The translations under genes were made by a program, and so were the position numbers. 64,000 nucleotides of DNA from Epithemia pelagica (lineage: Eukaryota > Protista > Bacillariophyta), in the NCBI GenBank assembly GCA_946965045.2, contig OX337239.1:1240001-1304000 (forward strand), in the 5' to 3' direction. This document shows positions 15,529-25,764 of this stretch, piece after piece (within the stretch, counting starts at the first letter, position 1; each line of letters begins with the position of its first letter). A model generated the notes under the pieces. The model was not told the DNA's origin. It saw only the letters and a program-made list of their open reading frames with translations, and searched no databases.

Positions 15529-16860
15529 AATCCCTCGGTATCAGTGTCCACTGCTTAGCTGTTTTTTGTCTGTGCCATCATTTTAGGTTCCCAGGTGGAC
15601 ACAGACATCATTTTTTGCTTTTGAGACAAATAGAAATGATCAAATGGCAAATTAGCACGCATACCCAGCTGGAGTTTTCACAGTTTGAAACAGACGCATG
15701 CCCAGCAAGCGGCCGTGCGTGGATAACTGCTGGTTGCTCCATAATTCATAATGACAAGCACACAATTCTTTTCTCTTGTTGCCGAAGCACATCGTACGAA
15801 TGGCATTCCAGGTGAGTGTGATCCGTTGCCAATTGCCATGACAATTACATAGCTCATGCTCACTGATCACTGACACTTGTCACTTTTGTTTGCTCTGCTC
15901 ATGGGAAGAGAGGCGATCATCTGTTGTGTCTCTGGGTAGCTCATTACGTGCCATTCTACATGTTGAAATGACGGATTTTTGATAACTTTCATTCGATTCA
16001 TAAACAGACTGCAGACATTGTTTTCTTTATATACTAGGAGTAGAAATAGAACTCAAGTGCTATTCATTCGTAGAGTTCAGTGCATTCTGAATTCGTTGCA
16101 GATCTCTTTTCTGTTTTGAGCATGGCAATGACTCTCAGTTTCACCATGAACACAAGCAGCTCTCACACGCTACAGCTACAACTTTTGACTCTATGATCTG
16201 ATAGACATGGAAAGTAGGGTGTGGCAAGAGCAAGAGGGCTTCCCATCTATTTGAAGCAAAAACAACAAAGTGTTCGGTCATTGAGAAATGAGATGATGCT
16301 ACAACCTATGACAATAGTGAATCATCTATCCTACAGAACAAAACAATTACTCCTACATCAACAAATGAGACGGGTAAGATACTCCAGTTGACATCAAGCG
16401 GCTTGTTCCTAGTCTACTCGTTCAACAAGAGACAAGCCAAAGGATCATGCATGAACAAGAGGAAAGATTGCAGCAGTGATGAGTGAGAAGAAAGAAAAAG
16501 AAACAAGAAGATTAGAAATAAGCCACAGTAGTGAGAAGTGAGAAGCAGTACAGGTTCAGCCCAGCATGTTGCATCCATTGTTCTCACCTCACGTCATGGT
16601 CAAGCATTTGGCTCGGTTTTTGGTGTTTTGTGACAGACGAGGACGGGAGGGTTGCCCAAAAAATTTGAATCGTGGTGACCAGAGGACAACCACCAACCGT
16701 CAACTGTCACATGCACGCTGGCCTTGCTCCAACCCTGAGGAATTTTATTGGGTAGACAGACAGACGAAAAACATAAAATGCTGGCTGTGTCCACGTGGGA
16801 ACCTGTGAAGGTGGCACAGACAAAAAACAGCTAAGCAGTGGACACTGATACCGAGGGATT
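15529..16860. mobile_element. Non-autonomous TIR transposon (MITE), ~1.33 kb
   Basis: 15529-15577 is a perfect 49-bp reverse complement of 16812-16860 (aatccctcggtatcagtgtccactgcttagctgttttttgtctgtgcca); imperfect complementarity extends to ~95 bp. No substantial internal ORF. Confidence 0.85.
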
Positions 16861-16911
16861 CCGTTGGGGGTTGGGGTGCAAAGTGCAAAGTGCAAATCTG
16901 TTAGGAGTAAT

Positions 16912-17130
16912 GGCTCTGTATCGGTGACCACCTATAAACCGTACGTACGTCGTCCGCACAGAACTCTGTCCTTCTCCCCCATAAAATCTTCCAAAAGCAA
17001 ATCGTCATGTAGAATGGCCGGCGTGCAAGTGACAGTTGAAGGTTGGCCGGCGTCCTCAAATCAACACGATTCAAATTCCAGACGCTCGCGAGCGACAGCT
17101 CATAAAAACCGTGAGAGCAAAATCTGAAGG
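16912..17130 (+). mobile_element. Terminus of a second, related TIR element
   Basis: ggctctgtatcggtgaccac resembles the MITE TIR (ccctcggtatcagtgtccac). 17016-17075 is an inverted, diverged copy of MITE subterminal 16667-16723 (ggcc.gcgtgca.gtgacagttga.ggttgg...cacgattcaaatt). Confidence 0.55.
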
Positions 17131-18710
17131 GCCCTACAATATCACGGTACCGGTAAGACCATCGGCCATGGCACATGAACCGCGGACGAATCATTGTATA
17201 CTGTAGACAGAGCGCGTCTTTCCTTCAGTTGTTGTTTGTGCCTTCTGTTTCTTCTTAGGATTGATAGGAGATTGGTAGTGTTTCGCCCATTTTCCATTTT
17301 CTCATTGTAGGGCATGTCACATCCATGGTTCGAGTTGTCTACTAGGTAGGGGACGATTTGGTTTCTTACTCTTAGGAGTAGTAATCCAAGTTACCGAGGG
17401 ATTCTTGCAATTATATTGTATCGTTTCCCTGCAAAAAATACTCGTAAGGTGTCTGAAGAAATTTCCCCACAGATACAGACACAGACAGCACATGACACCA
17501 ATAGTAGTGTACACCGTACACTACTACTACAATTACCAACCATCAATTACAACCAAGAGTATACGAAATATGAGAGTGGACTTTTGTAGGGCTGGTATCC
17601 GTATAGAAGAGTCTGCTTCACCTTACGAGTAACGAGGACGAGTAGTACTCGTACTCGTACAAGTATTTTTCTCCATTCTCGTAGCTTCCAGAAGGTACCT
17701 GATCCTTGATAGGCTTAAGTCCAGACACGCCCTCCATTCTTTTTATATCAACAGTGATGCATAATGCCTTGCCAATTGTGATGTGCCATTCTTTATTTGA
17801 AAATTGACTGGTTGTAGAGCTACCATTCAAAGCCCACGTCACCTATGATCCCCAGCGCTATCAAATATTATACTTTGATTATGTTGAGTACTATTTATTT
17901 CAAAATGTAGTGGAGAGAAGTATCGGGGAGTGCCCTCCAGATTTTCAAATCCGACTGCCCGTAAGCAGGATGGAACACTTTTTTATTTCGAAATGACGAG
18001 TAGAGAAATTATAATTGCCCTTGCTTATGTTTTGTATTGCCCTTCGAAGTCCTAATCGTTGGGCTGGAATGGCAAACCAGCCCAACGAGACACCTGAGTG
18101 GATGCCGATTGAACGCAAATGTTACAAGGAGCAATCTATAAATTCGGTTCTGTAAGTGGTCAATGGGACGACCCGGGGAGACAGGAGAAGCCGAAACAAT
18201 AAGTTACTGCTCTGGTTTGATTCTATTCCAAGTCCAATACGAAGAGAGTTAGAGGTTGATCTACTTGCAAACAAGACGAAGCCAATAGAAAATCATCCAA
18301 CCATACAGGGCCCTTCAAAGGATTCTTTCCAAAACATTCGTTGTGCAGCCATTCTTTTTTCCTTGTACCATTCTAAAGAAAGATTTCGATACCTTGTTAG
18401 TGTGCAAGATTGAAGATGACAATGTGTGCCATGACGATTCTTCGTGCGCCCAGTTTGTGGCTGATTCTGGGTCTTTGCTACCTCGTGCACGCCAAAAACC
18501 CCAACGCATCAAATGAAGAAGGCAACATTCCAGTTGATGTACCAGGACTGAAGGGTCGACTTCCTCGACAGGTTCTGAATCAAGTCACAGACGCTGACAT
18601 TGCCAAGTTTCGCGAGCAGCATCCTGGTTTGGCTAAAGATGCCGTATTGGAGCTCCACGCCGTGGTGGGGTTGAGGATTGAAATGGATCGCGATGGAGAT
18701 TGGCGGTCCT

Positions 18711-18978
18711 TCTCATTGTGAAGGAGTTTTCTGTTCCACCCGACGAGTTGTTCGTAGAATGTCCGAATGAGGCGGCCGTTCCGTTGAGGGAGGTTCCCAT
18801 GGTCATTCGGAAAAGTTCCGGTTTGCAGTTCGTAAGATTCTGCTAGGGACGAATGTAAACTGTAGTGCAAGTTTTGTTATTTCTCAAATTATGACTAGGA
18901 GCTAAGTTGGGTGTAGTGCGAGGTCGATATTTTGTTGCATGTGTGGGAGTGAATGGAAGAGGCGCATGGACGCTGATA
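18711..18978 (-). repeat. 3' LTR
   Basis: Direct repeat of 25497-25764; preceded on the minus strand by purine-rich AAGGGCGAG (PPT, 18979-18987). Confidence 0.97.
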
Positions 18979-18996
18979 CTCGCCCTTGACCGAGGG

Positions 18997-21900
18997 CTAC
19001 CAACCCATGATCTTTTTGCGAGCCGTTTCGAAAGGTCCTGTGTCCAATGGTTTGGTAAAGGCATCGCCAAGTTGATCTGTCGTTGCGATCGCTTTCATGA
19101 AGATGCCGTTTGGATCAGTGCTGTTGGGTGAGTTGATGTGTGCGCGGAACCAGTGATATTTGATTCCAATGTGTTTGCTACGTGGTGTCATTCGCGGTGG
19201 ATCTTTCGTCGCCAGTTGTAAGGCGGCTTGATTGTCTTCCCAGACGGTGCAAACGAAACTTGGGCCCGCTGGATTCAGATGCAAATGAGTAATAATCTTG
19301 GCAAATTGATTGCGTAGTGGAAGGAGTGTACGCATACTGGTTGAGGCAGCAATATACTCGGCTTCCATGGTTGAGAGTGCAATCTCAGTTTGTAGTTTAC
19401 TGCTCCATGTGATAGGGGATTGACCGATGGTAATGATGAACCCGGTGCGCGACCGTACGGAAGTTGGATCATCGGGGTTCTCGTTACTCCACAGGCCAGC
19501 GAAATCGGCGTCCACATAACAATGCAGACTCAGATCCTTGGATGGTTTTAGGATTAGGCCCCTCTCTGCGGTTCCCATGAGGTAGCGACCGATTCGTTTT
19601 AGTGCCTCTCCATGTAGTGCTGTGGGGTTGTTGCTGAATCGTGCCGTTTGGTTGATGGCGAATGCGCAGTCGGGTCGCGTGTTATTCCCAAGGTAGAGGA
19701 GCATGCCCACCACGGATCGGTAATTGTAGTCGGCGTTGAGTGGTGTTCCGTCCAGGTCTTTTCCAATTGTTTTCGTGGCAGGTGTAGCCTTGGGATTGGA
19801 TTTTTCGAGTCCCAATGCGCTGATGATGCTACGAGTCAAGTGCGGTTGTCGTAGCTCGACGGTGCCATTCTCATGATGCTTGATTTCAACTCCGAGGTAC
19901 GTTGGGAGATCTCCGAGATGTTCGTAGTCCATCTTCGTCTGTGTCAGTCCCTCGAGGATTCGATTGACGCTTGCTTCGTCGTGTCCACAAATCACTGCGT
20001 CGTCAACGTACGTGATCATCACACAGCCCATTCCGATGAAGAGACATGGGTCGGAACCGTCAGGCTTGAGTCCAATTTGTTCCAGTTTGTTGCGTAGGTA
20101 ATCGTACCATAGTCGTGGTGCCCGACAATCGCCGTAAAGACTCTTGGTCACTTCTAGGACTTTGTCGCTCTGGCCTGCCCCATACCCTTGTGGCAGATTG
20201 ACATAGATCGGTTCGGGTAGATCCGATTGGACAAAGGCGTTCTTGAAATCGATTGAGACCGTGTGTAGATTGTGTTGGATGGACAAGTTGAGAAGAAGAC
20301 GGACGGTTGGCCAATCAATCACTGGTGCGAAGGTATCGTCTCGGCTAAAAGATGCCTTCTGCTGATCTCCACGGACGACCAACCTTGCTTTATACCGTGA
20401 GATGGTCCCATCTGGTTTCCGTTTCCGTACAAAGGTCCACATAACGTCTACGATCTCCTTTCCTTTCGCTTGGATACGAGGGACAAGTTTGAATGTTTTC
20501 TTGTTCTCGAGTTCGTTTAACTCCTTGTCCATAGCCGCAATCCACTTGTCCTGTTCTTCCTGAGACAACAAACGGATGTCGAAGTAGGATGGCGCGTCTT
20601 CGTTAATGGCTTTGGCACTGAAGTAGAGTGGATGCCAATCGTCGATGATGCCTAATGGCGACTGGATTTGAGCCAAGAGCCGCGAATCAAAAGTAGATGT
20701 GAGCTTGTCTGGGTCAAATCCGTTAGGAAAATCCCACTTGATGGAGTTGGCATAGTGTCCAAAAGCTGTTGGATCGTCGTTGATAGCCGTCATGGAGAAA
20801 CGTTGCTCTGTGACACTTGTGTGTGCCCAAGAGCTGTCTTGATGGGAATCCACATTGTCTGGAAATCGTACTGGAGCGCGACGTTGACGGTGAGGTCGGC
20901 CTGTAGTGGGTTCATGCGTCGCATCAGAGGCTGGACTTGGTGACGACTCGCCCGTTTTTAAACGGGGTGACGACTCGCCCGTTTTTGAACGAGGTGACGA
21001 CTCGCCCGATTTTGAGCTGGGTGACGACTCGCCCGGTTTGGATCGAGGTGTGGTAGGCATGTCGTCGGAAGTGGAATCGAAAGAGTCAGTCTCGTCAGTC
21101 TCGGCAAGAGGTGACAGAGGAGTGATATCGTCCAATTGGATGGGTGTCACGTTAGGATGAGATTCAAGAGTCGTCCGGCGATGGTTACGACCAAGATCTA
21201 ATGGTGTGCTTGGTGTAGTAGGCTGGTCGTGTGACGGTTGCTCTGCTCGCTCGCCCTCGGGGACATGCGGAACTGGAAGGGACGAAGTGTCGTCGAAGGA
21301 TACCTTGGGAAGGGACCAGACTGAATCCAAGTCGGGTAACGGTCCATCACGTGTCGGATCGTGGTCGTCGAGATAATGATCGCGGGTAAAGAAGTCGGGT
21401 AAACTGTTGTCTTGGGGGAATGACCACGTGCTGTTGACAGACATAAATAATTCGTCGTACACCACATGAAACTGGGGGGAAATGTGGCCAGTGTCCAAAT
21501 TCCGAATCATGCCCACCAGACTAGAATGTTGGGGAGAGAAACCCAAGAACTGACCACGACGAGACCGGCGTGCCCACTTGGGAAGTTTCTTACCGTCCTG
21601 CAGTTTTGGATCCAACACATAACTGGGACAACCCCACACACGAACTCGACGCAGCAGAGTACAATCGATCTTGGTGCCAGAGAACACTTCCATTGGACAC
21701 ATGTCGTTGTCTTCTTGAGGGACGTGATTGTAGATCCAGGTGGCGTATTCAAGGGCCATGGGCCATAAAGACGGTGAAAATGCTGACGGCCATCGAATGT
21801 GACAATGGATCATCATGGCTCGGGCCATGTATGTAACTGTTTGAATCGCCCGTTCAGCACCTGCATTGGCATGATGAGCTCCGACACCAGAGAGTGTGCT

Positions 21901-23751
21901 CAAGGGAGAAGGAAAAGTGTTCCGATTGGTCTTGAGAGATTCCTGAAAAGCGTCTGAGGTAAAGACACCGTTATCAGAATGGTATCGAGTAACCTGTCGG
22001 CCAGCCTGATGGAGGGAGACTTCGAATTGGTTCTTGGAATTAATGGTGTCGCTGCTACCAAGGGAGACTTGTGGATAGCAGAAAATGGCTTTTGAGCCAT
22101 GGTCAAAGAAAATGGTACCACCCACAAAGCGATGCTCTGGTCTTTCACGGCCTCGTGTGTGCCAAAGGCGGCCTCGAACGGTGGACTCGAAGTGATCCAT
22201 TGAAACCAATTCACCGGGAGAGAGTTTTCGGTCTGTTGGAGTCAAATGGCCTGCTTGGGAGTGTGGTACATTAGCCTTGGACTGGGTTGGCCGACGTCGA
22301 GCTTTGGCGTACAAGCATGCCAGGCATTGTGGTGCATCACAACTACCACTGCTCTTGAATGTGCAAGGTAGACATGATGATGTGCCATCGCTTGGGTCAG
22401 AGTTCGAGTTGTCACGATAGAGCCTCTGGAGACGACGCATGTGAATATGTCCCAAGCGTTGATGATCCAACAACAATTGTTTCTGTGGTCGGCTCAAGTT
22501 CCGATTCATCTCGTCCAAGGGATTTTCGTCATGTTCGGCCAAGAACTGATGCAATGTGAGCTGATTATTGGTCACAGATGCAGTTTCCAAGTGACATCGA
22601 CACCACTGATTAAATCCACAACGACAATCAACCGGTCGGTGCTGGGCCGTTGCTTGAGTGTGATTCTTGATGTGCTTCACTCGAACGATGGGAAGATTAC
22701 TGGAATAGTCGATGGGTACGGTAATACGCCGTTCGGATTCCTTGTCAATCATAATGCTTGCGAATGATTGGTTGCTGACGAAAGTTGGGAAACGTTGGTC
22801 TTGACGGAGGTAAGCAGCGTTAATCTGTGGAGAACAAAGTCTTGTACCAGCTGCCTTACAGAGGTTGGCTGGATAGACCCATCGTCGTACAGTGCCGTCT
22901 TCGTGAATGGCGTCATATCCAACAATACCGGTACCGATGATAGGAAAGCGGTTGTCACTTGCGGCAGTGGACATGGATCCGTAATTACCGTATACCAGCT
23001 CAACAAAATCATCCTCACGCATGGTTAAGCCATTGGAGGCGCCAGTGTCAAGGATGATGGGTACCACTGGATCACTTGGAGCGTCGTCAGTGTGAGCGAC
23101 TTGAGATACGATCATGGTCGGATCAATATGATGCATGGCATAACGGTATGTGAAACGGGGTGTCTCACAATTCGCACGTAAAAGGTTGCTAAAATCTGGA
23201 CCAAGGGTATAGATCTTGGGATCGCTTGACAAAGGTAACAACTTGAGCTTGTCGTGACAATCAACCGTGTGATTGTGCAAACGTAAAGCACGTATCGTGG
23301 GCCAATGGTTCCAATTCGTGGCAGATCTTGACTTGGACCATGTGCGTCTTCGTGTTCTCGTACCATGCTCGCCCCTGACCCGTGGAGGAGTGAAACTCAT
23401 GACTCCCAAAGGGTAAGTTGACGACGTGAACATGAGGAGATGAAAGGCAAGGTAAAGGACCGAAAGTGGAGTCAAACAAATCACGTGATCGGATAAGCAA
23501 AGGCGACTATCGAAACCACTAGGAGGAAAATGGAACGGAGGTTTGGGAAGCAATCGATTGAGGTGACGAAGGTGAGCTCGACTGGACGACGTAAACCGAT
23601 ACAAGCAACCAACCAAAGTCAACACAAAACAATCAACCGTCGAGATCAAACAAAACCAACCACAGAGGCATAGCCAACAAAGAATGGTGTCCAACCAAGG
23701 AGGATAGAGGGCATTGGAGTGCTGGAGAAACACCCGCCCTAGCGAAAATCC
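18997..23751 (-). CDS. pol: Copia Pol polyprotein (protease, integrase, RT, RNase H), probably expressed by -1 frameshift
   Basis: IILDTGAS (protease); HQRLGH...CLAC, SMDHFES, SDNG, AERAIQ (integrase); DFKNAF, KSLYG, YVDD (RT); YVDADFAG, EAEY, EDNQ, DAFTK (RNase H). The frame is -1 relative to gag. Confidence 0.96.
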   Translation of the reverse strand, partial: GFSLGRVFLQHSNALYPPWLDTILCWLCLCGWFCLISTVDCFVLTLVGCLYRFTSSSRAHLRHLNRLLPKPPFHFPPSGFDSRLCLSDHVICLTPLSVLYLAFHLLMFTSSTYPLGVMSFTPPRVRGEHGTRTRRRTWSKSRSATNWNHWPTIRALRLHNHTVDCHDKLKLLPLSSDPKIYTLGPDFSNLLRANCETPRFTYRYAMHHIDPTMIVSQVAHTDDAPSDPVVPIILDTGASNGLTMREDDFVELVYGNYGSMSTAASDNRFPIIGTGIVGYDAIHEDGTVRRWVYPANLCKAAGTRLCSPQINAAYLRQDQRFPTFVSNQSFASIMIDKESERRITVPIDYSSNLPIVRVKHIKNHTQATAQHRPVDCRCGFNQWCRCHLETASVTNNQLTLHQFLAEHDENPLDEMNRNLSRPQKQLLLDHQRLGHIHMRRLQRLYRDNSNSDPSDGTSSCLPCTFKSSGSCDAPQCLACLYAKARRRPTQSKANVPHSQAGHLTPTDRKLSPGELVSMDHFESTVRGRLWHTRGRERPEHRFVGGTIFFDHGSKAIFCYPQVSLGSSDTINSKNQFEVSLHQAGRQVTRYHSDNGVFTSDAFQESLKTNRNTFPSPLSTLSGVGAHHANAGAERAIQTVTYMARAMMIHCHIRWPSAFSPSLWPMALEYATWIYNHVPQEDNDMCPMEVFSGTKIDCTLLRRVRVWGCPSYVLDPKLQDGKKLPKWARRSRRGQFLGFSPQHSSLVGMIRNLDTGHISPQFHVVYDELFMSVNSTWSFPQDNSLPDFFTRDHYLDDHDPTRDGPLPDLDSVWSLPKVSFDDTSSLPVPHVPEGERAEQPSHDQPTTPSTPLDLGRNHRRTTLESHPNVTPIQLDDITPLSPLAETDETDSFDSTSDDMPTTPRSKPGESSPSSKSGESSPRSKTGESSPRLKTGESSPSPASDATHEPTTGRPHRQRRAPVRFPDNVDSHQDSSWAHTSVTEQRFSMTAINDDPTAFGHYANSIKWDFPNGFDPDKLTSTFDSRLLAQIQSPLGIIDDWHPLYFSAKAINEDAPSYFDIRLLSQEEQDKWIAAMDKELNELENKKTFKLVPRIQAKGKEIVDVMWTFVRKRKPDGTISRYKARLVVRGDQQKASFSRDDTFAPVIDWPTVRLLLNLSIQHNLHTVSIDFKNAFVQSDLPEPIYVNLPQGYGAGQSDKVLEVTKSLYGDCRAPRLWYDYLRNKLEQIGLKPDGSDPCLFIGMGCVMITYVDDAVICGHDEASVNRILEGLTQTKMDYEHLGDLPTYLGVEIKHHENGTVELRQPHLTRSIISALGLEKSNPKATPATKTIGKDLDGTPLNADYNYRSVVGMLLYLGNNTRPDCAFAINQTARFSNNPTALHGEALKRIGRYLMGTAERGLILKPSKDLSLHCYVDADFAGLWSNENPDDPTSVRSRTGFIITIGQSPITWSSKLQTEIALSTMEAEYIAASTSMRTLLPLRNQFAKIITHLHLNPAGPSFVCTVWEDNQAALQLATKDPPRMTPRSKHIGIKYHWFRAHINSPNSTDPNGIFMKAIATTDQLGDAFTKPLDTGPFETARKKIMGW
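20939..21046 (-). repeat. 27-bp x4 coding minisatellite in the IN-RT linker (SKxGESSPx)
   Basis: tgacgactcgccc recurs at 20941, 20968, 20995 and 21022. Confidence 0.9.
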
Positions 23752-25148
23752 CGCAAGGAGGTAAGGGCAACATTGGCGTAAGTCTGGGTTGGTGCAGCAG
23801 TCGGTGTAGCAGTGGCACTGTCAGTCAAAGGGGTGTCGGCGGCTGGAGGAGAATCCGTAGTGTTCGCAATGGCAGCCGTGTCAGAGGGTGTGGCTGCAGG
23901 AGAGCGGCTGGAATTCACCTTGGTGGGGTCATGACGGTCTGTGCTGTGGTTACCCCAACGGCCGATGCCGTTTGGAGTACCATTCGGACACAAGGCACAC
24001 CACCACAATTTGCGCTTGGGATTCGTCGGATGAGGCTTGGAGTTGGCCTCACCAGGACCAGGAGGAGTAGTGTCGATCGGTAAAGGTGGACGACGACCAT
24101 TGTTCGACTTGGGGGTTCCAACCGGAGCAGCTTTCTTGGTCTCAGTGAGAGCAGGAAAAGCGGAGGTATCAGTCTTGACGGTCGGAAGCCATTTCTCGGA
24201 CAACAAAAGAGAATGGTATTTTGCCACGACACGTTCGCGTAATCCGAAAAAGTCTTGAAGGATGGGGTCGTCATGATTCTCCAAATAGTCCATCATGCTG
24301 AGAAACTTTGGAACCGTGCAAGTGAGAAGTCGTTCGACGAAGATACTGCAAATGTCGGCCGGGACATGTCCACTTAAGTTCAAACGTAGAACCACATTGT
24401 TAAACGTAGAGCAAAACTGATTTATGTTTTCACCAGGATAGGCAGTGACACTGTGTTTCTCCAATCGGCGGACGATACCACGAGCGGCGTCGGTAGTAGT
24501 CGTCATGAGTTGCGTGAGGATCATATGAAGAACCAAGGGCCCACCCTGCTCGTTGTCAGGGATCGTGACCAAGCGATTTTCAAGATCGGCACGAAGAGTC
24601 CCATCACAGGAGGCAAGCAACAAGTCCTGAGTCCAAGACAGATTCTGCGGGTGCAGACTATCGGTGGTGCGTTCGGCATAGATCTGGTTGCTCAAGCGGA
24701 CTTGAGCCTCGGAGAGCGAACAAGCATGGTCGAGTAAGCTCAAAGTAGCACCTGACGAGTCTAAAAGGCCGGTTTCTTCATCAACAGGAAGGATATCAAA
24801 CACCGAATGCATGCAGTACGTCGTAAGACGTGTCTTGAGTGTATAAAGTTGCATCATAATCTTGTTGTTGTCGTCGAAGAAGGATTTGTCATCGGTCGTA
24901 CTGACAACGGCCCAGGTGAAACTGAAGGGAGGAGTAAGTCCAACAACGGCTTCATTACGAAAGTCAAACAGCGTCTTCCCGGATAAGGAACTGCGATAGG
25001 CTGGAGAGACCGTGTCGGCGAAAGCTCCGAGTTCAAAAGTACGACTCTTGGCGGCAGTCAAAGTGATACCATTCATCTGAGTATCGGCTGAAAGGGAACC
25101 GACTCCAGAGGTCTTCTTGGGCGTTGAAACAGGAGTAGGGATCTTCAT
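23739..25148 (-). CDS. gag: Copia Gag
   Basis: From MKIPTP (ATG 25148) to TAG. Contains YPGENINQF and a CCHH-type knuckle WCALC...WGNHSTDRH. The frame stays open upstream to 25592. Confidence 0.88.
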   Translation of the reverse strand: MKIPTPVSTPKKTSGVGSLSADTQMNGITLTAAKSRTFELGAFADTVSPAYRSSLSGKTLFDFRNEAVVGLTPPFSFTWAVVSTTDDKSFFDDNNKIMMQLYTLKTRLTTYCMHSVFDILPVDEETGLLDSSGATLSLLDHACSLSEAQVRLSNQIYAERTTDSLHPQNLSWTQDLLLASCDGTLRADLENRLVTIPDNEQGGPLVLHMILTQLMTTTTDAARGIVRRLEKHSVTAYPGENINQFCSTFNNVVLRLNLSGHVPADICSIFVERLLTCTVPKFLSMMDYLENHDDPILQDFFGLRERVVAKYHSLLLSEKWLPTVKTDTSAFPALTETKKAAPVGTPKSNNGRRPPLPIDTTPPGPGEANSKPHPTNPKRKLWWCALCPNGTPNGIGRWGNHSTDRHDPTKVNSSRSPAATPSDTAAIANTTDSPPAADTPLTDSATATPTAAPTQTYANVALTSLRDFR

Positions 25149-25484
25149 GGTCTCAAAGATAGTAGGCAAAGGCAAGGAACTCAACAGCAAAGGTAAGCGG
25201 TAAGTTTGAGTCTGTTTTGGTTTGGACCAAAAAGTGAGTGTTAGTTCCCGTGCTCCAAGTTGTGTTGGGCCCAGTAACGGAGTGTTCTGGTTGGTGGACC
25301 AAGTCTCCAACTGCAATGTTGACTCCCAGTTGCCGAATGTCGGTCGCGTCAGGGTTCGGATTCGTGTAGGGGGCACAAATGAAATTTGTCGTACCACGAA
25401 TGAATCGTTAAGTAAAACAATTCTTGTCGGTAAGTAAATGGTCATCAGTAAGGTGAATACTGTTACAACCCAGTGGAACCGCTT

Positions 25485-25496
25485 GGGCTCATAACC
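25485..25496 (-). promoter_or_regulatory. Primer-binding site complementary to the anticodon arm of initiator tRNA-Met (half-tRNA priming)
   Basis: GGTTATGAGCCC immediately follows the 5' LTR and is complementary to GGGCUCAUAACC of tRNAiMet, the priming mode known for Drosophila copia and yeast Ty5. Confidence 0.85.
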
Positions 25497-25764
25497 TCTC
25501 ATTGTGAAGGAGTTTTCTGTTCCACCCGACGAGTTGTTCGTAGAATGTCCGAATGAGGCGGCCGTTCCGTTGAGGGAGGTTCCCATGGTCATTCGGAAAA
25601 GTTCCGGTTTGCAGTTCGTAAGATTCTGCTAGGGACGAATGTAAACTGTAGTGCAAGTTTTGTTATTTCTCAAATTATGACTAGGAGCTAAGTTGGGTGT
25701 AGTGCGAGGTCGATATTTTGTTGCATGTGTGGGAGTGAATGGAAGAGGCGCATGGACGCTGATA
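25497..25764 (-). repeat. 5' LTR
   Basis: Direct repeat of 18711-18978; sense-strand termini TATCA...TGAGA. Confidence 0.97.

Larger units (their letters stand above)
18711..25764 (-). mobile_element. Full-length Ty1/copia (CoDi-like) LTR retrotransposon, 7054 bp
   Basis: Two 268-bp LTRs with no difference seen by eye; 5-bp TSD GTCCT (18706-18710 / 25765-25769); gag and pol with PR-IN-RT-RH order; PBS and PPT present. Confidence 0.98.

Noticed and set aside
18717-18965. Canonical TG...CA LTR boundaries inside the repeat
   Set aside because: Identity between the two LTRs extends beyond these positions on both sides, and only the TA...GA boundaries give a TSD and restore the host frame.
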